From positions 1 to 50,568 of the forward strand of contig JABEUU010000175.1 of assembly GCA_013044295.1 (NCBI GenBank): a stretch of 50,568 bases of DNA. Reading direction: 5' to 3'. A model generated the notes under the pieces. It was not told the origin of the DNA and searched no databases. It was given only the letters and a program-made list of their open reading frames with translations. A program made the translations under genes and the position numbers. Each line of letters begins with the position of its first letter. The first letter of the stretch is position 1. Origin of the DNA: Candidatus Dormiibacterota bacterium. GTDB taxonomy: Bacteria > Chloroflexota > Dormibacteria > Aeolococcales > Bog-877. This document shows, piece after piece, positions 8,578 through 17,747 of this stretch.

Positions 8578-9138
8578 ATGATCAACGCCGGGGAACTGCG
8601 GGCGGGCACCACCATGGAGCGAAATGGCCAGCTGATGGAGGTTCTCTCCTTCGAGCACATCAAGATGGGCCGTGGCACCGCGGTCGTTCGCACCCGCCTG
8701 CGCAACGTCACCACCGGTTCGGTGACCGAAGAGACCTTCCGGCCCGAGGAGCGGTTTCCCCGGGCCCGGATCGAGAAAATGGAGGTCCAGTACCTGTATC
8801 GCGACGGTGACCAACACGTGGTCATGGACACCAACAATTTCGAGCAGTTCACTCTCAGCGCGGAGGAGTTCCGGGAGGCTGCCCGCTATCTGCGGGAGTC
8901 CGACCACCTCTCCCTGCTGCGGTATGACGACAAGGTCATCGGAGTGGAGGTGCCCATCTCGGTCACTTTGGAGGTGACCCAGACCGATCCGGGATTCAAG
9001 GGGGACACCGCGACCGGAACGTTCAAGCCGGCGACCCTGGAGACGGGCACGGTGGTCGACGTGCCCCTGTTCGTGGCGGTGGGAGATCGGATCAAGGTTG
9101 ACACGCGCACCGGCAAATACCTGGAGCGGGCTCAGTGA
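8578..9138 (+). CDS. efp: Elongation factor P
   Basis: AAGGAG lies 8 nt upstream of the ATG. The EF-P fold sequence is present throughout, including the C-terminal GDTATGTFKPATLETGTVVDVPLFV...IKVDTRTGKYLERA. The tip loop reads KMGRG (Arg32). Confidence 0.95.
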   Translation: MINAGELRAGTTMERNGQLMEVLSFEHIKMGRGTAVVRTRLRNVTTGSVTEETFRPEERFPRARIEKMEVQYLYRDGDQHVVMDTNNFEQFTLSAEEFREAARYLRESDHLSLLRYDDKVIGVEVPISVTLEVTQTDPGFKGDTATGTFKPATLETGTVVDVPLFVAVGDRIKVDTRTGKYLERAQ

Positions 9139-9497
9139 ACAGGGCGCCCGGCCTGCGCGAACAGCCTCTGGGGAAGGTTCGGGTGGCCAGTGAGGTGGTG
9201 TCGACGATTGCCTCCCTGGCGGCGCTAGAGACGCCCGGGGTGGCGGCGATGTGTGAGCCGGCGGGGGTGTCGGTGCCCCGGCTTCTGCGCCGCCAGCACG
9301 GCCACCGCGGGGTGCGGCTGGAGATGGTTGGGTCCGCCGCCATCCGGGTGGAGCTCTGTATCGCGATCACCCCCGACGCGTCCCTGCCCAAACTGTCCGA
9401 GCAGCTGCAGCGCAGGGTGGGCGACGACATCCACAAGATGCTGGGGTTGGAGGTGATCGAGGTCAACCTACAGGTCGCTGAAATGGATGTTGGATGA
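9135..9497 (+). CDS. Asp23/Gls24-family (alkaline shock) protein
   Basis: GTG start overlaps the efp stop (GTGA). Asp23-like sequence GKVRVASEVVSTIASLAALETPGVA...VIEVNLQVAEMDV sits in the usual position before nusB. Confidence 0.8.
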   Translation: MNRAPGLREQPLGKVRVASEVVSTIASLAALETPGVAAMCEPAGVSVPRLLRRQHGHRGVRLEMVGSAAIRVELCIAITPDASLPKLSEQLQRRVGDDIHKMLGLEVIEVNLQVAEMDVG

Positions 9498-9907
9498 GCT
9501 TGGGGCCGCGCCACCGGGCTCGTGAGGTGGCCCTCAAGGTCCTCTTCCAGCTCGAGTTGCAGCCGGGCGACTGGCGCTTCCCGCTCGCCTACCACCTAGC
9601 CGAGGCCGGGTTGCCGTCGGCCTCCGGGAGATTCGCCGGCGAGCTGGTGGAGGGGGTTGTCAGCCACCGGGAGCAGATTGACCAGACGCTGGCCGCCTGC
9701 TCATCTCACTGGAAGCTTGACCAGATGGGTGGTCTTGAGCGTGCCGTGCTGCGGCTCGCCACCGAGGAGCTGGGCTGGCGGCGCAGTGACCCGGTGGCGG
9801 TCGTGATTGACGAGGCGGTGATTTTGGCCAAGCAGATGGGAGGCGAGGACGCCGGCAGATTCGTCAACGGCCTGCTGGGCAAGGTCGCCCAGGCGACGGC
9901 GGTCTGA
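9494..9907 (+). CDS. nusB: Transcription antitermination factor NusB
   Basis: ATGA overlap with the upstream stop. N-terminal RHRAREVALKVLFQLE and DEAVILAKQMGGEDAGRFVNGLL are typical NusB sequences. Confidence 0.92.
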   Translation: MSLGPRHRAREVALKVLFQLELQPGDWRFPLAYHLAEAGLPSASGRFAGELVEGVVSHREQIDQTLAACSSHWKLDQMGGLERAVLRLATEELGWRRSDPVAVVIDEAVILAKQMGGEDAGRFVNGLLGKVAQATAV

Positions 9908-9922
9908 GCCCCGGATGCAGCC

Positions 9923-11227
9923 ATGCTGACGCCGGTGCGGATTCTGCAGGTGGGGGAGCTCAATTCCCTGATCAGAGCGGATCTGGAGGAGGACCCGGGC
10001 CTCCAGGACGTCTGGGTCGAGGCCGAGATCGGGACGCACACCCACTCCGCCGCCGGCCACCACTACCTCACTCTCAAGGACTGTCGCCAGCCGGAGCAGG
10101 CATCCATCAAGGCGGTGATGTTCCGCGGTCAGGCCCAGGGGCTGGCCTTCGAGCCCGCCACCGGCCAGCAGGTGATCGCTCACGGCAAGGTCTCGATGTA
10201 CCCCTCCAGGGGCGACGTGCAGCTCTACCTGGACCGCCTGGAGCCCACGGGAGTGGGGGCCCTCGCGCTGGCGTTCCAGCAGTTGCTGGCCAAGCTCCAG
10301 GCGGAGGGGCTGTTCGCTCCCGAGCGCAAGCGCCAGCTGCCGTTTCTCCCTCGGCGTCTGGCGGTGGTGACGTCTGGGCGGGGGGCCGCGATCCGGGACG
10401 TGATCCATGTGGTCCGGCGCCGTTGTCCCATCACCCAGGTGGTGGTCGTGCCGACTTTGGTTCAGGGCGAGGGAAGTCCGGCGGCGATCGTGGCCGCCCT
10501 GGAGCTGGCGGGGCGGTCCGATGTGGATGTGGTGCTGCTGGTGAGGGGAGGGGGTTCCCTCGAGGACCTGCAGGCTTTCAACTCGGAACTGGTGGCGCGG
10601 GCGGTCGCCTCATGCCCCCATCCCGTCGTCACCGGTGTCGGCCACGAGACCGACACCACGGTCGTCGACTACGTGGCGGACCTGCGCGCGCCCACCCCAT
10701 CGGTGGCCGCTGAGCTGGTCGTTCCCGATCTGGAGGCTCTGAGAGCCGAACTGGCGGCACGGCGGCTGCGGCTGCGCCGGGGTGGACTCGGCTGGCTCCA
10801 ACTCGAATTGGAGGGCCTCACGCAACGCCAGGTGAGGCTGGCCAGAATGGCGCCGCTGGCGCGGATCGAGTCGGGCCGCCAGGACCTGGATCGAGCTCAG
10901 CTGAGGCTCACGGCCGCGGTCCGCCGGATCTTGAGACAGGAGGGCATGGCCCTGCGGGCGCGTGGTCAGACCCTGGTCGCCAGGGGCCCCGGGCCCCGCC
11001 TGCTTCGGGCCCGCGAGGAGTTTGCGGGGCGGGTTGGTAGGCTGGAGGCCCTGAGTCCGCTGGCGGTGCTGGGCCGTGGCTACTCGATAACCTTTCGGAG
11101 TGACACCGGGCAGGTGATTCGGGATGGTGCCCAGGTTGCACCCGGAGCGGATATCGTCACCCGTTTGCAGCGGGGGACCGTGCGCAGCAAGGTGACCGCG
11201 GTCGAGGCCAACCAGGAGGTGGTTTGA
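9923..11227 (+). CDS. xseA: Exodeoxyribonuclease VII large subunit
   Basis: OB-fold N-terminus, the central VVTSGRGAAIRDV...RGGGSLEDLQAFN...PVVTGVGHETD, a coiled-coil C-terminus, and xseB immediately downstream. Confidence 0.93.
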   Translation: MLTPVRILQVGELNSLIRADLEEDPGLQDVWVEAEIGTHTHSAAGHHYLTLKDCRQPEQASIKAVMFRGQAQGLAFEPATGQQVIAHGKVSMYPSRGDVQLYLDRLEPTGVGALALAFQQLLAKLQAEGLFAPERKRQLPFLPRRLAVVTSGRGAAIRDVIHVVRRRCPITQVVVVPTLVQGEGSPAAIVAALELAGRSDVDVVLLVRGGGSLEDLQAFNSELVARAVASCPHPVVTGVGHETDTTVVDYVADLRAPTPSVAAELVVPDLEALRAELAARRLRLRRGGLGWLQLELEGLTQRQVRLARMAPLARIESGRQDLDRAQLRLTAAVRRILRQEGMALRARGQTLVARGPGPRLLRAREEFAGRVGRLEALSPLAVLGRGYSITFRSDTGQVIRDGAQVAPGADIVTRLQRGTVRSKVTAVEANQEVV

Positions 11228-11228
11228 G

Positions 11229-11516
11229 ATGGAACGTGACCCGGATGCCTTCATGACCGCAGCGGCCGAGCCCAGCGATCTCGACTATGAGACCGCTCTG
11301 GCGGAGCTGGACCAGGTCCTGGCGAGCCTCGAAGATGGCAGGGTCGCGCTGGAGGACGCCATGGCGCTCTACGAGCGCGGAGTGGGGTTGGTACGCCGGT
11401 GTGCCGCCCTCCTCGATGGTGCTGAGAAGCGGGTCACCGAGCTGGCCGCCGGCTCCGACGGGGATTTGGAGGAGACTCTTTTCGAGGCAGCGCCAGAGGA
11501 TGGCGGCGCCGGCTGA
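11229..11516 (+). CDS. xseB: Exodeoxyribonuclease VII small subunit
   Basis: YETALAELDQVLASLEDGRVALEDAMALYERGVGLVRRC is a typical XseB helix hairpin. The gene starts 2 nt after xseA. Confidence 0.9.
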   Translation: MERDPDAFMTAAAEPSDLDYETALAELDQVLASLEDGRVALEDAMALYERGVGLVRRCAALLDGAEKRVTELAAGSDGDLEETLFEAAPEDGGAG

Positions 11517-11525
11517 GGCGGCCTG

Positions 11526-11957
11526 ATGGCGGCTCTGTTCTCGAACCAATTTGTCTGGATCCCGGTCCTGGCGTGGGCGGTTGCCCAGCTGCTCAAGGTG
11601 CTGAACGACTCCTGGAAGAGGCATCGCTTCAGCATTCGGTCGATCGGGCTGTCGGGCGGTATGCCCAGCTCTCACACTGCCATGACGGTCTGCCTGACCA
11701 CGATCTTGGCGCGCAGACTGGGCACCGGGTCGCCGATTTTCGCGGCGGCCGCGATCTTGACAGTGGTGGTTGTCTACGATGCCACGGGGGTGCGCCGGGC
11801 CGCCGGCCAGCAGGGACTGATTCTCAACCAGATGATCGAGGACTTGCGCAGCAATCTCGGGCTTCGGTATGAACGGGTGCGGGAGCTCTTCGGGCACACC
11901 CCTTTCGAGGTGCTGGCCGGGGTGCTGCTCGGTTTCGTAATCGGAATGGCGCTCTGA
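11526..11957 (+). CDS. DUF212 / divergent PAP2 (YuiD-like) membrane protein
   Basis: Carries GGMPSSHTA...VVVYDATGVRR...LRELFGHTPFEVLAGVLLG, the acid-phosphatase/vanadium-haloperoxidase-related family signature. Confidence 0.8.
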   Translation: MAALFSNQFVWIPVLAWAVAQLLKVLNDSWKRHRFSIRSIGLSGGMPSSHTAMTVCLTTILARRLGTGSPIFAAAAILTVVVVYDATGVRRAAGQQGLILNQMIEDLRSNLGLRYERVRELFGHTPFEVLAGVLLGFVIGMAL

Positions 11958-12057
11958 CCGGAAGGCGTGCCGAGCCGGCCGATTGGGGCCGGATCGCCCG
12001 CATGGCCAGGTTGGCGAGGACCTAACATCCTGGAGGCATTAGACCAGCCGGGAGCCT

Positions 12058-13005
12058 GTGATAGAGGGGAAGAGTTTGAGCGGCAGCGAACGGGATGCGA
12101 TCGGGTTTCTGCTCCATCTGCGGGCGTCGCCAGAGTCCCCTGCCCTGCTCCATGCGCTTGCGGTCGTCCGGGCCGCCGGCTTGGAGCCCGTGGTGGCCCA
12201 GTTGCGGCCGGAGGTCCAGATGCGCGCTCAGTCCGACCGGCTCCGACTGCTGGTCTCCGTGGGCGGCGACGGGACCCTCCTGTTTGCCGCCCGCCTGGCG
12301 GCTCCCTTTGGGGTCCCTCTGCTGGGCGTCAACCGGGGTCAGTTGGGGTTTCTGACCAGCGTGGAGCTGGATGAGCTGCCCATGGCAATCACCGCGTTCA
12401 TCGAGGGGCGCTGCCGCACCGACCTGCGCCGCACCCTGCGCGCCACGATCTCCGGCCCCCAGACCGACGGTTTGGATGCTGAGCTGGCGGTGGCGGTCAA
12501 CGAGGTGGTGGTCAAGGCGGACGGCTTCAGCCTCATCCGGATGCGCTTGACCACCGACCACCAGGTGGTAGGAGAGTTCGATGCCGATGGCATGATCGTG
12601 TCGACCAGCATCGGCTCCACCGCTTACTCCCTGTCGGCGGGTGGCCCACCGCTGGACCCGGAGGTGGCGGCGCTGGTGCTCACGGCGCTGAACCCACACG
12701 CCTTTGTGAGCCGCTCCCTGGTGATCCCGGACAGTCTCGATGTGGTCATCGAGGTGATCCGGGGCGAGGCCGGAGTCGCCGCCGACGGGCTCAGCTGGGG
12801 TCGGATGCGGGCGGGGAGCCGTTTGCTGGTGGGGCGCGGGCCCAATTTGGCCTTTGCCCGCCCGCCTGGCACGCCCGGCTTCTTTGAGCGGCTGCGGGTC
12901 AAGACCGGTTTCGGGACTGTGCTGAAGCTTCCCTACGCCGGCGACCGCCCGGTTGACTCGGGGGTGGGAGCCGCGCCAGTCTCAGACCGAGAGGAGCCGG
13001 GCTGA
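12058..13005 (+). CDS. nadK: NAD+ kinase
   Basis: GGDGT motif (VSVGGDGTLLFAAR), NRGQLGFLT, NEVVV and STSIGSTAYSLSAGGP are all present. The exact start (GTG 12058) is uncertain. Confidence 0.9.
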   Translation: MIEGKSLSGSERDAIGFLLHLRASPESPALLHALAVVRAAGLEPVVAQLRPEVQMRAQSDRLRLLVSVGGDGTLLFAARLAAPFGVPLLGVNRGQLGFLTSVELDELPMAITAFIEGRCRTDLRRTLRATISGPQTDGLDAELAVAVNEVVVKADGFSLIRMRLTTDHQVVGEFDADGMIVSTSIGSTAYSLSAGGPPLDPEVAALVLTALNPHAFVSRSLVIPDSLDVVIEVIRGEAGVAADGLSWGRMRAGSRLLVGRGPNLAFARPPGTPGFFERLRVKTGFGTVLKLPYAGDRPVDSGVGAAPVSDREEPG

Positions 13006-13007
13006 CC

Positions 13008-14717
13008 TTGCTCGAGGAGCTCAGGATCGAGAACCTGGCGGTCGTCGAGCGGGCCACGGCCAGGTTCGGGCCGGGACTCAACGTCATCACCGGGGAGACT
13101 GGAGCCGGCAAGTCGGTGCTCCTGTCGGCCCTTTCCATGGCGCTCGGAAGCCGGGGCGACCCGGCCCTGATCCGGGCAGGGGCTGAACGCGCGGTGGCGG
13201 CGGCCGCCTTCAGTGATCTGGGGCCCAGGGTCAGCCGAACTCTGGGCAATCTGGGCATCGCCGATGACGATGGTCTGGTGTTGAGCCGCGAGCTCACGGC
13301 GAGTGGTCGAACCTCTGGCCGGGTCAACTCCGCGCTCGCGGCTGCCGCCAGCCTTCGAGAGTTAGGGGAGCAGTTGCTCGAAGTGCACGGCCAGGGCTCG
13401 TCCAGTCGCTGGCTGCGAGAGTCGGAGCAGCGGTCCGGGTTGGACTCCTTTGCCGGCACGGCCCTCCTGGCCGCCCGATCCGCCGTGGTCGCGCTGTGGG
13501 ACCGGCGAGCGCAGCTGCTGGCCGAGCGCGACCGACTGGTGGGGTTGCGCGACCTGGAGCAGAGTCAGCTGGTGCGGGCCGAGCTCGACCTGGCCGAGCT
13601 CGGCCCGGCCCAACTGCGCCCCGAGGAGGACCTCGAGCTGCGGCGGGAGCGGGAGCGGCTGGCCCATGGGGAAAGACTCCGCGAGGCCTGCCAGCTGCTC
13701 CGCCAGGCGGTCGGGGGCGACGACGGCTCTGGGGCTGCCGAACTGCTCGCCAGCGCCCTGCAGGGGAGCCGCGGCGCGCGGGGGATCGACCCTGATCTGG
13801 ACAGTGCAATCAACCAGGCTGAGGACGTAGTCCAGGTTCTTCAGGAGCTTGAGCTTCAGCTCGGCTCCTACCTCGACCACCTGCCCGACGACGCCGCTCG
13901 GCTGGCGGAGACGGAGGATCGGCTAGCGGTGCTGGAGCGCCTGGCGCGTCGGCACGGCGGCTCATTGGAAGCGGCCATCAGGCGCCGGGATCAGGCGGCA
14001 GACCTCCTGCACGAGCGTGGTGGTCTGGCGCTTGACCTGAGTCAGGTCCAGGGGGAGGCGGCCGCGCTGGACGCCGAGCTGGGAAGGGCGTGCGGTCGCC
14101 TATCCGAACTCCGCGAGAGCGCCGCCCACAGGCTCGAGCAGGCGGTCACGGCCGACCTCCACAGCATGCTCATGCCCAGTGCCAGGTTTCTCATCCGACT
14201 CTGGCAGGATCCGGACGACACCGGGGTGGTGGGCCCCGAAGGCTCCCGGTGGGCGTGCTCACGGGAGGGCTGGGACAGGGTCTCATTCGAACTCGCAGCC
14301 AACTCCGGCGACGACCCGCGGCCCCTGGCTGAAGCCGCTTCGGGAGGCGAGCTGGCCCGGGTCGCGCTGGCCCTGCTGGCGCGGCTCAGCCATCAGTCCG
14401 GGGTGGGGACAGTGGTATTCGACGAGATAGACCAGGGCCTTGGGGGGGAGGCTGCCAATCGGGTGGGCGACCTTTTGCTCAAGGTCGCCGCCGGTCGGCA
14501 GGTGATCTGCGTCACCCACCTGGCGCCGATTGCTGCCCGCGCCGCCACCCACCTGAGGGTGCTGAAGTCGGAGCGTGACGGGAGAGCTCGCAGCGAGGTT
14601 CTGGCGTTGGCCGGCGACGCCCGGGTCGACGAGCTGGCGCGCCTGTTGGCGGGAGACGCAACCCCGGGGGCCGCCCGCCATCACGCCGCCGAGTTGCTCG
14701 CAGCCGTTGGCGGGTAG
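13008..14717 (+). CDS. recN: DNA repair protein RecN
   Basis: TTG start lies 2 nt after the nadK stop. It has an N-terminal Walker A (ITGETGAGKSVLL), a long coiled coil, and a C-terminal signature/Walker B (ASGGELARVALAL...VVFDEIDQGLGG). Confidence 0.93.
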   Translation: MLEELRIENLAVVERATARFGPGLNVITGETGAGKSVLLSALSMALGSRGDPALIRAGAERAVAAAAFSDLGPRVSRTLGNLGIADDDGLVLSRELTASGRTSGRVNSALAAAASLRELGEQLLEVHGQGSSSRWLRESEQRSGLDSFAGTALLAARSAVVALWDRRAQLLAERDRLVGLRDLEQSQLVRAELDLAELGPAQLRPEEDLELRRERERLAHGERLREACQLLRQAVGGDDGSGAAELLASALQGSRGARGIDPDLDSAINQAEDVVQVLQELELQLGSYLDHLPDDAARLAETEDRLAVLERLARRHGGSLEAAIRRRDQAADLLHERGGLALDLSQVQGEAAALDAELGRACGRLSELRESAAHRLEQAVTADLHSMLMPSARFLIRLWQDPDDTGVVGPEGSRWACSREGWDRVSFELAANSGDDPRPLAEAASGGELARVALALLARLSHQSGVGTVVFDEIDQGLGGEAANRVGDLLLKVAAGRQVICVTHLAPIAARAATHLRVLKSERDGRARSEVLALAGDARVDELARLLAGDATPGAARHHAAELLAAVGG

Positions 14718-15060
14718 TCCTCCAGGTGGCGGGGCTCGGGAGGTCGGCAGGTCTGCCCTTCCCGTCCGGACGGCAGCGAGGGCCAACCGCAACCGGCCCT
14801 CCGGCCGGGGTCGGTGCCGGTGCCGCAGGGCGGCCACCTGGGGAAATCCGGGGGGAGGAAGCGGACCTGGGTCTGCCGGGCACGGTGGTAACGTGGCTGC
14901 GATGGGACACTTCAGTTGGCGGGACCTCGGGTCGCGGAGCGGTCCGGGGATCTCGGTTCCCCAGCAGCCGATCTCGGCCGATGCCGGGCCCGGTGTCGGG
15001 GTCGCGAAGCGCCACCAGTTTCACCCAGCCTTCCTTCAGGCCGGCTGAGGGCTCGGACCG

Positions 15061-15771
15061 GTGGCGACCGCCGAGGAGATGGCGCAGCTTGAGCGGCTGA
15101 CGGAGATGCTGGCGGAGGCAAGGATGCCGGGCTCGGATCTCAGCACCCTTCGGCTGTCCGAGCTCAGCCACCAGCTCCGCCAACAGGTGGAGGCCGGAGG
15201 GGACGGAGTCGACCTGCTCTGGGCGGCAGAGTCCCTCCAGCTGCTCACCCGGCTGCTGGAGCTAAAGATGGGTCGGCGAATGGAGGAGGCCTCGGAGGAC
15301 GCGCTCAGCGGTGGGTTGCCTCTGGAGCCGGAGCCAGACCCGGCCGAGCGGCTTGAGGAGTACCGGATCTTCAAGGCGGCGGCGGGGGTGCTTCTGGCCG
15401 ATGCCAGCGCCGGCCCCAAGGCGTTCCTGAGGGTCCTGGGGCTGCCCGTGGAGCCGCGAGCCGCGCTGCGCCTGAGCCCCGAGACCCTGGCGCTGGCCTT
15501 CGGAGAGTTGCTGGCCAGGCTGCCCGAGCGCGACGAACTGCAGTTCACCATGCCCCGCTTCTCAGTGGAGGAAAAGGTCACGGAGCTTCGCCAGCTTCTG
15601 GCCGACCAACGGACGATGCGTTTCGACGAGCTGTTCCGGTCCGCGCGGGATCGGATGGAGGCGATCGCCCTCTTTCTGGCGCTGCTTGAGTTGCTCTGGA
15701 ACGGCGAGGCGTCCTGCAGCCAGGGCGGCCCCGACGAGCCAATCCTGGTGGAGTGGCCGGGTGGCGACTGA
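15061..15771 (+). CDS. scpA: Segregation and condensation protein A (kleisin)
   Basis: The C-terminal winged helix FSVEEKVTELRQLL...RFDELF...EAIALFLALLELLWNGE is typical ScpA, and scpB follows. An in-frame stop at 15046-15048 fixes the earliest start at GTG 15061. Confidence 0.85.
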   Translation: MATAEEMAQLERLTEMLAEARMPGSDLSTLRLSELSHQLRQQVEAGGDGVDLLWAAESLQLLTRLLELKMGRRMEEASEDALSGGLPLEPEPDPAERLEEYRIFKAAAGVLLADASAGPKAFLRVLGLPVEPRAALRLSPETLALAFGELLARLPERDELQFTMPRFSVEEKVTELRQLLADQRTMRFDELFRSARDRMEAIALFLALLELLWNGEASCSQGGPDEPILVEWPGGD

Positions 15772-16333
15772 GCCGATCGCGGAGGACGCTGCCCAGGCTC
15801 TGGTGGCGGTGCTGTTCGTGAGGGCGGAGCCGATTACCGCAGTGGAGCTGGCCCGGTCGCTCGACCTCAACACGGATGATATGCAGCGCACCGTCGAGCT
15901 CGCCACCTCACTGCTGGGGGGCACCGGACTGATGCTCCAGAACCATCAGGGGGAGCTTCAGCTGGTCAGTCATCCGAGCGTTGCCTGGGCGGTCGAGCGG
16001 GCTCTGCGACCCGAGGTGGCCGGCCGTCTGTCGCGCCCGGCCCTGGAGACCCTGGCGATCGTCGCCTACCGCCAGCCAATCTCGCGAGCGGCGATCGAGG
16101 CCATCCGAGGGGTCAACTGTGATGCCGTGATTGAGCGGCTCCTGCGCCACGACCTGGTGGCCGAGGTCGGCCGCTCGGATGGGCCCGGCAGGGCTCGGCT
16201 CTTCGGCACCACCATGAGGTTCCTGCAGGTAGTCGGGATCCCCGCGATCGAGGACCTGCCACCTCTTCCAAGCAGTGATGGGGGCGACTGGCTCAGCCGA
16301 GCCGCGGAGGCGGCGGACTCCGATGCCATCTGA
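15761..16333 (+). CDS. scpB: Segregation and condensation protein B
   Basis: GTG 15761 overlaps the scpA end by 11 nt. ScpB motifs AVLFVRAEPITAVELA and LETLAIVAYRQPISRAAIEAIRGVN are present. The listed start at 15686 lies deep inside scpA. Confidence 0.85.
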   Translation: MATEPIAEDAAQALVAVLFVRAEPITAVELARSLDLNTDDMQRTVELATSLLGGTGLMLQNHQGELQLVSHPSVAWAVERALRPEVAGRLSRPALETLAIVAYRQPISRAAIEAIRGVNCDAVIERLLRHDLVAEVGRSDGPGRARLFGTTMRFLQVVGIPAIEDLPPLPSSDGGDWLSRAAEAADSDAI

Positions 16334-17051
16334 GCGCCTGAGCCGCTGGCTGGCCAGGTCGGGAGTAGCCTCCCGACGCGGCAGTGACCGGCTGGTGGCG
16401 GAGGGACGGGTCACGGTGAACGGGGAGGCCCCGCCTCCCAATGGATGTCTGATCGACCCCGACCGGGACCTGGTCGCGGTGGATGGCCGGACGGTCAGCG
16501 CGGCCCGCTCGCCACGGCGGTACCTGGCCCTCAACAAACCTCCAGGGGTTGTCTCTACCGTAAGTGACCCGGGGGGACGCCCCACGGTCATGGGTTTGGT
16601 CCAGGACCCCAGTGGACTCTTCCCGGTGGGGCGCTTGGACCTCGACTCGCGGGGGCTGATCCTGCTGACGGATGACGGCGATCTGGCCCTGCGCCTCACC
16701 CATCCCCGGTACGGGCTGCCCAAGACCTACCGGATCACCATCCAGGGACCAGTGTCGACTTCCGAGTTCGAGCACTTTCAGCAGGGTCCCGTGCTGGAGG
16801 ATGGACCCACCCACCCTATCTCGGTCAAGATCATGCGAAAGAGTTCGCGCCGAACCGTGCTCGAGGTGGCCTTGGCGGAGGGCAGGCCCCGTGAGCTGCG
16901 TCGAATGTGCGCCGAGGTGGGAGTCCGGCTGATCGACCTGGAGCGGGTCGAGATCGCCGGGGTGAGGCTGGGCACCCAACCGGAAGGAACCACTCGGGAG
17001 CTGAGTTCGTCCGAGGTGGCCCGGCTGCGAGCCGCGGCGGGAATGGCTTGA
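16323..17051 (+). CDS. rluB: RsuA/RluB-family 23S rRNA pseudouridine synthase
   Basis: ATG 16323 overlaps the scpB end. It has an S4 domain (RLSRWLARSGVASRR), the catalytic GRLDLDSRGLILLTDDG motif, and the scpAB-rluB-cmk context. Confidence 0.85.
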   Translation: MPSERLSRWLARSGVASRRGSDRLVAEGRVTVNGEAPPPNGCLIDPDRDLVAVDGRTVSAARSPRRYLALNKPPGVVSTVSDPGGRPTVMGLVQDPSGLFPVGRLDLDSRGLILLTDDGDLALRLTHPRYGLPKTYRITIQGPVSTSEFEHFQQGPVLEDGPTHPISVKIMRKSSRRTVLEVALAEGRPRELRRMCAEVGVRLIDLERVEIAGVRLGTQPEGTTRELSSSEVARLRAAAGMA

Positions 17052-17728
17052 GCGCGGCTGAAGTCATCACCATCGACGGCCCGGCGGGGGTGGGGAAGTC
17101 GACAGTGGGCCGGCAGGTGGCCATCCGCCTGGGGTTGCCCTTCATCGACACCGGGATCTTCTACCGGGCGCTAACGGTTGCGGCGGCCGGGGAGGGGATC
17201 ACCGTAGGCAACCGCGATCTCCTGGCCGAGCTGGCCCAGCGCTTCCAGGTCGAGGTCAACACCGATCCCACAGCGGAAGGCTGGCGGGCCAAGGTGGGGA
17301 GTAGGAGCCTGGACTTGGAGCTGTGGCAGCCGGGTTTGGCCCCGCTGCTTGCGTACGTCGCCAGCCAGGCTCCGGTGCGGCGGGCCCTGCTCGGCCTGCA
17401 GCGGGCCGCTGGGTCCGGGGGCGCCGTGGCCGTCGGCCGCGACACCGGCACCGCAGTGTTTCCTGAGGCCAGCTGCAAGTTCTACCTGGACGCCCCCGAG
17501 ACGGTCCGCCTGGAGCGCCGTCGGGTCGAGTTCCAGCGACGTGGCCTGGGCGCCCCCGAGGGGCTGGTCCGTGAGGACGTGGTGGACCGGGACCGTCAGG
17601 ACCTGACCCGCGAGCACAGCCCCCTGACCGTCCCACCGGACGCGGTGGTGATCGACACCGAGGGCGTGAGCGCCGCGGAGGTGGTGGAGCTGGTGCTGGC
17701 GCGCTGCCACCGTCCGGGTCCGGGCTGA
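17048..17728 (+). CDS. cmk: Cytidylate kinase
   Basis: TTG 17048 overlaps the rluB stop (TTGA). P-loop ITIDGPAGVGKSTVGR is followed by FIDTGIFYRA. Confidence 0.9.
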   Translation: MSAAEVITIDGPAGVGKSTVGRQVAIRLGLPFIDTGIFYRALTVAAAGEGITVGNRDLLAELAQRFQVEVNTDPTAEGWRAKVGSRSLDLELWQPGLAPLLAYVASQAPVRRALLGLQRAAGSGGAVAVGRDTGTAVFPEASCKFYLDAPETVRLERRRVEFQRRGLGAPEGLVREDVVDRDRQDLTREHSPLTVPPDAVVIDTEGVSAAEVVELVLARCHRPGPG

Positions 17729-17747
17729 CCATCTGGCGTGGAAGTCC

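Noticed and set aside
14845-14880. AUCCGGGGGGAGGAAGCGGACC in the recN-scpA spacer looks faintly like the SRP RNA domain IV.
   Set aside because: The loop would be GGGG rather than GGAA/GNRA, and the flanking symmetric and asymmetric loop sequences (AGCA, GGCAG) are missing.
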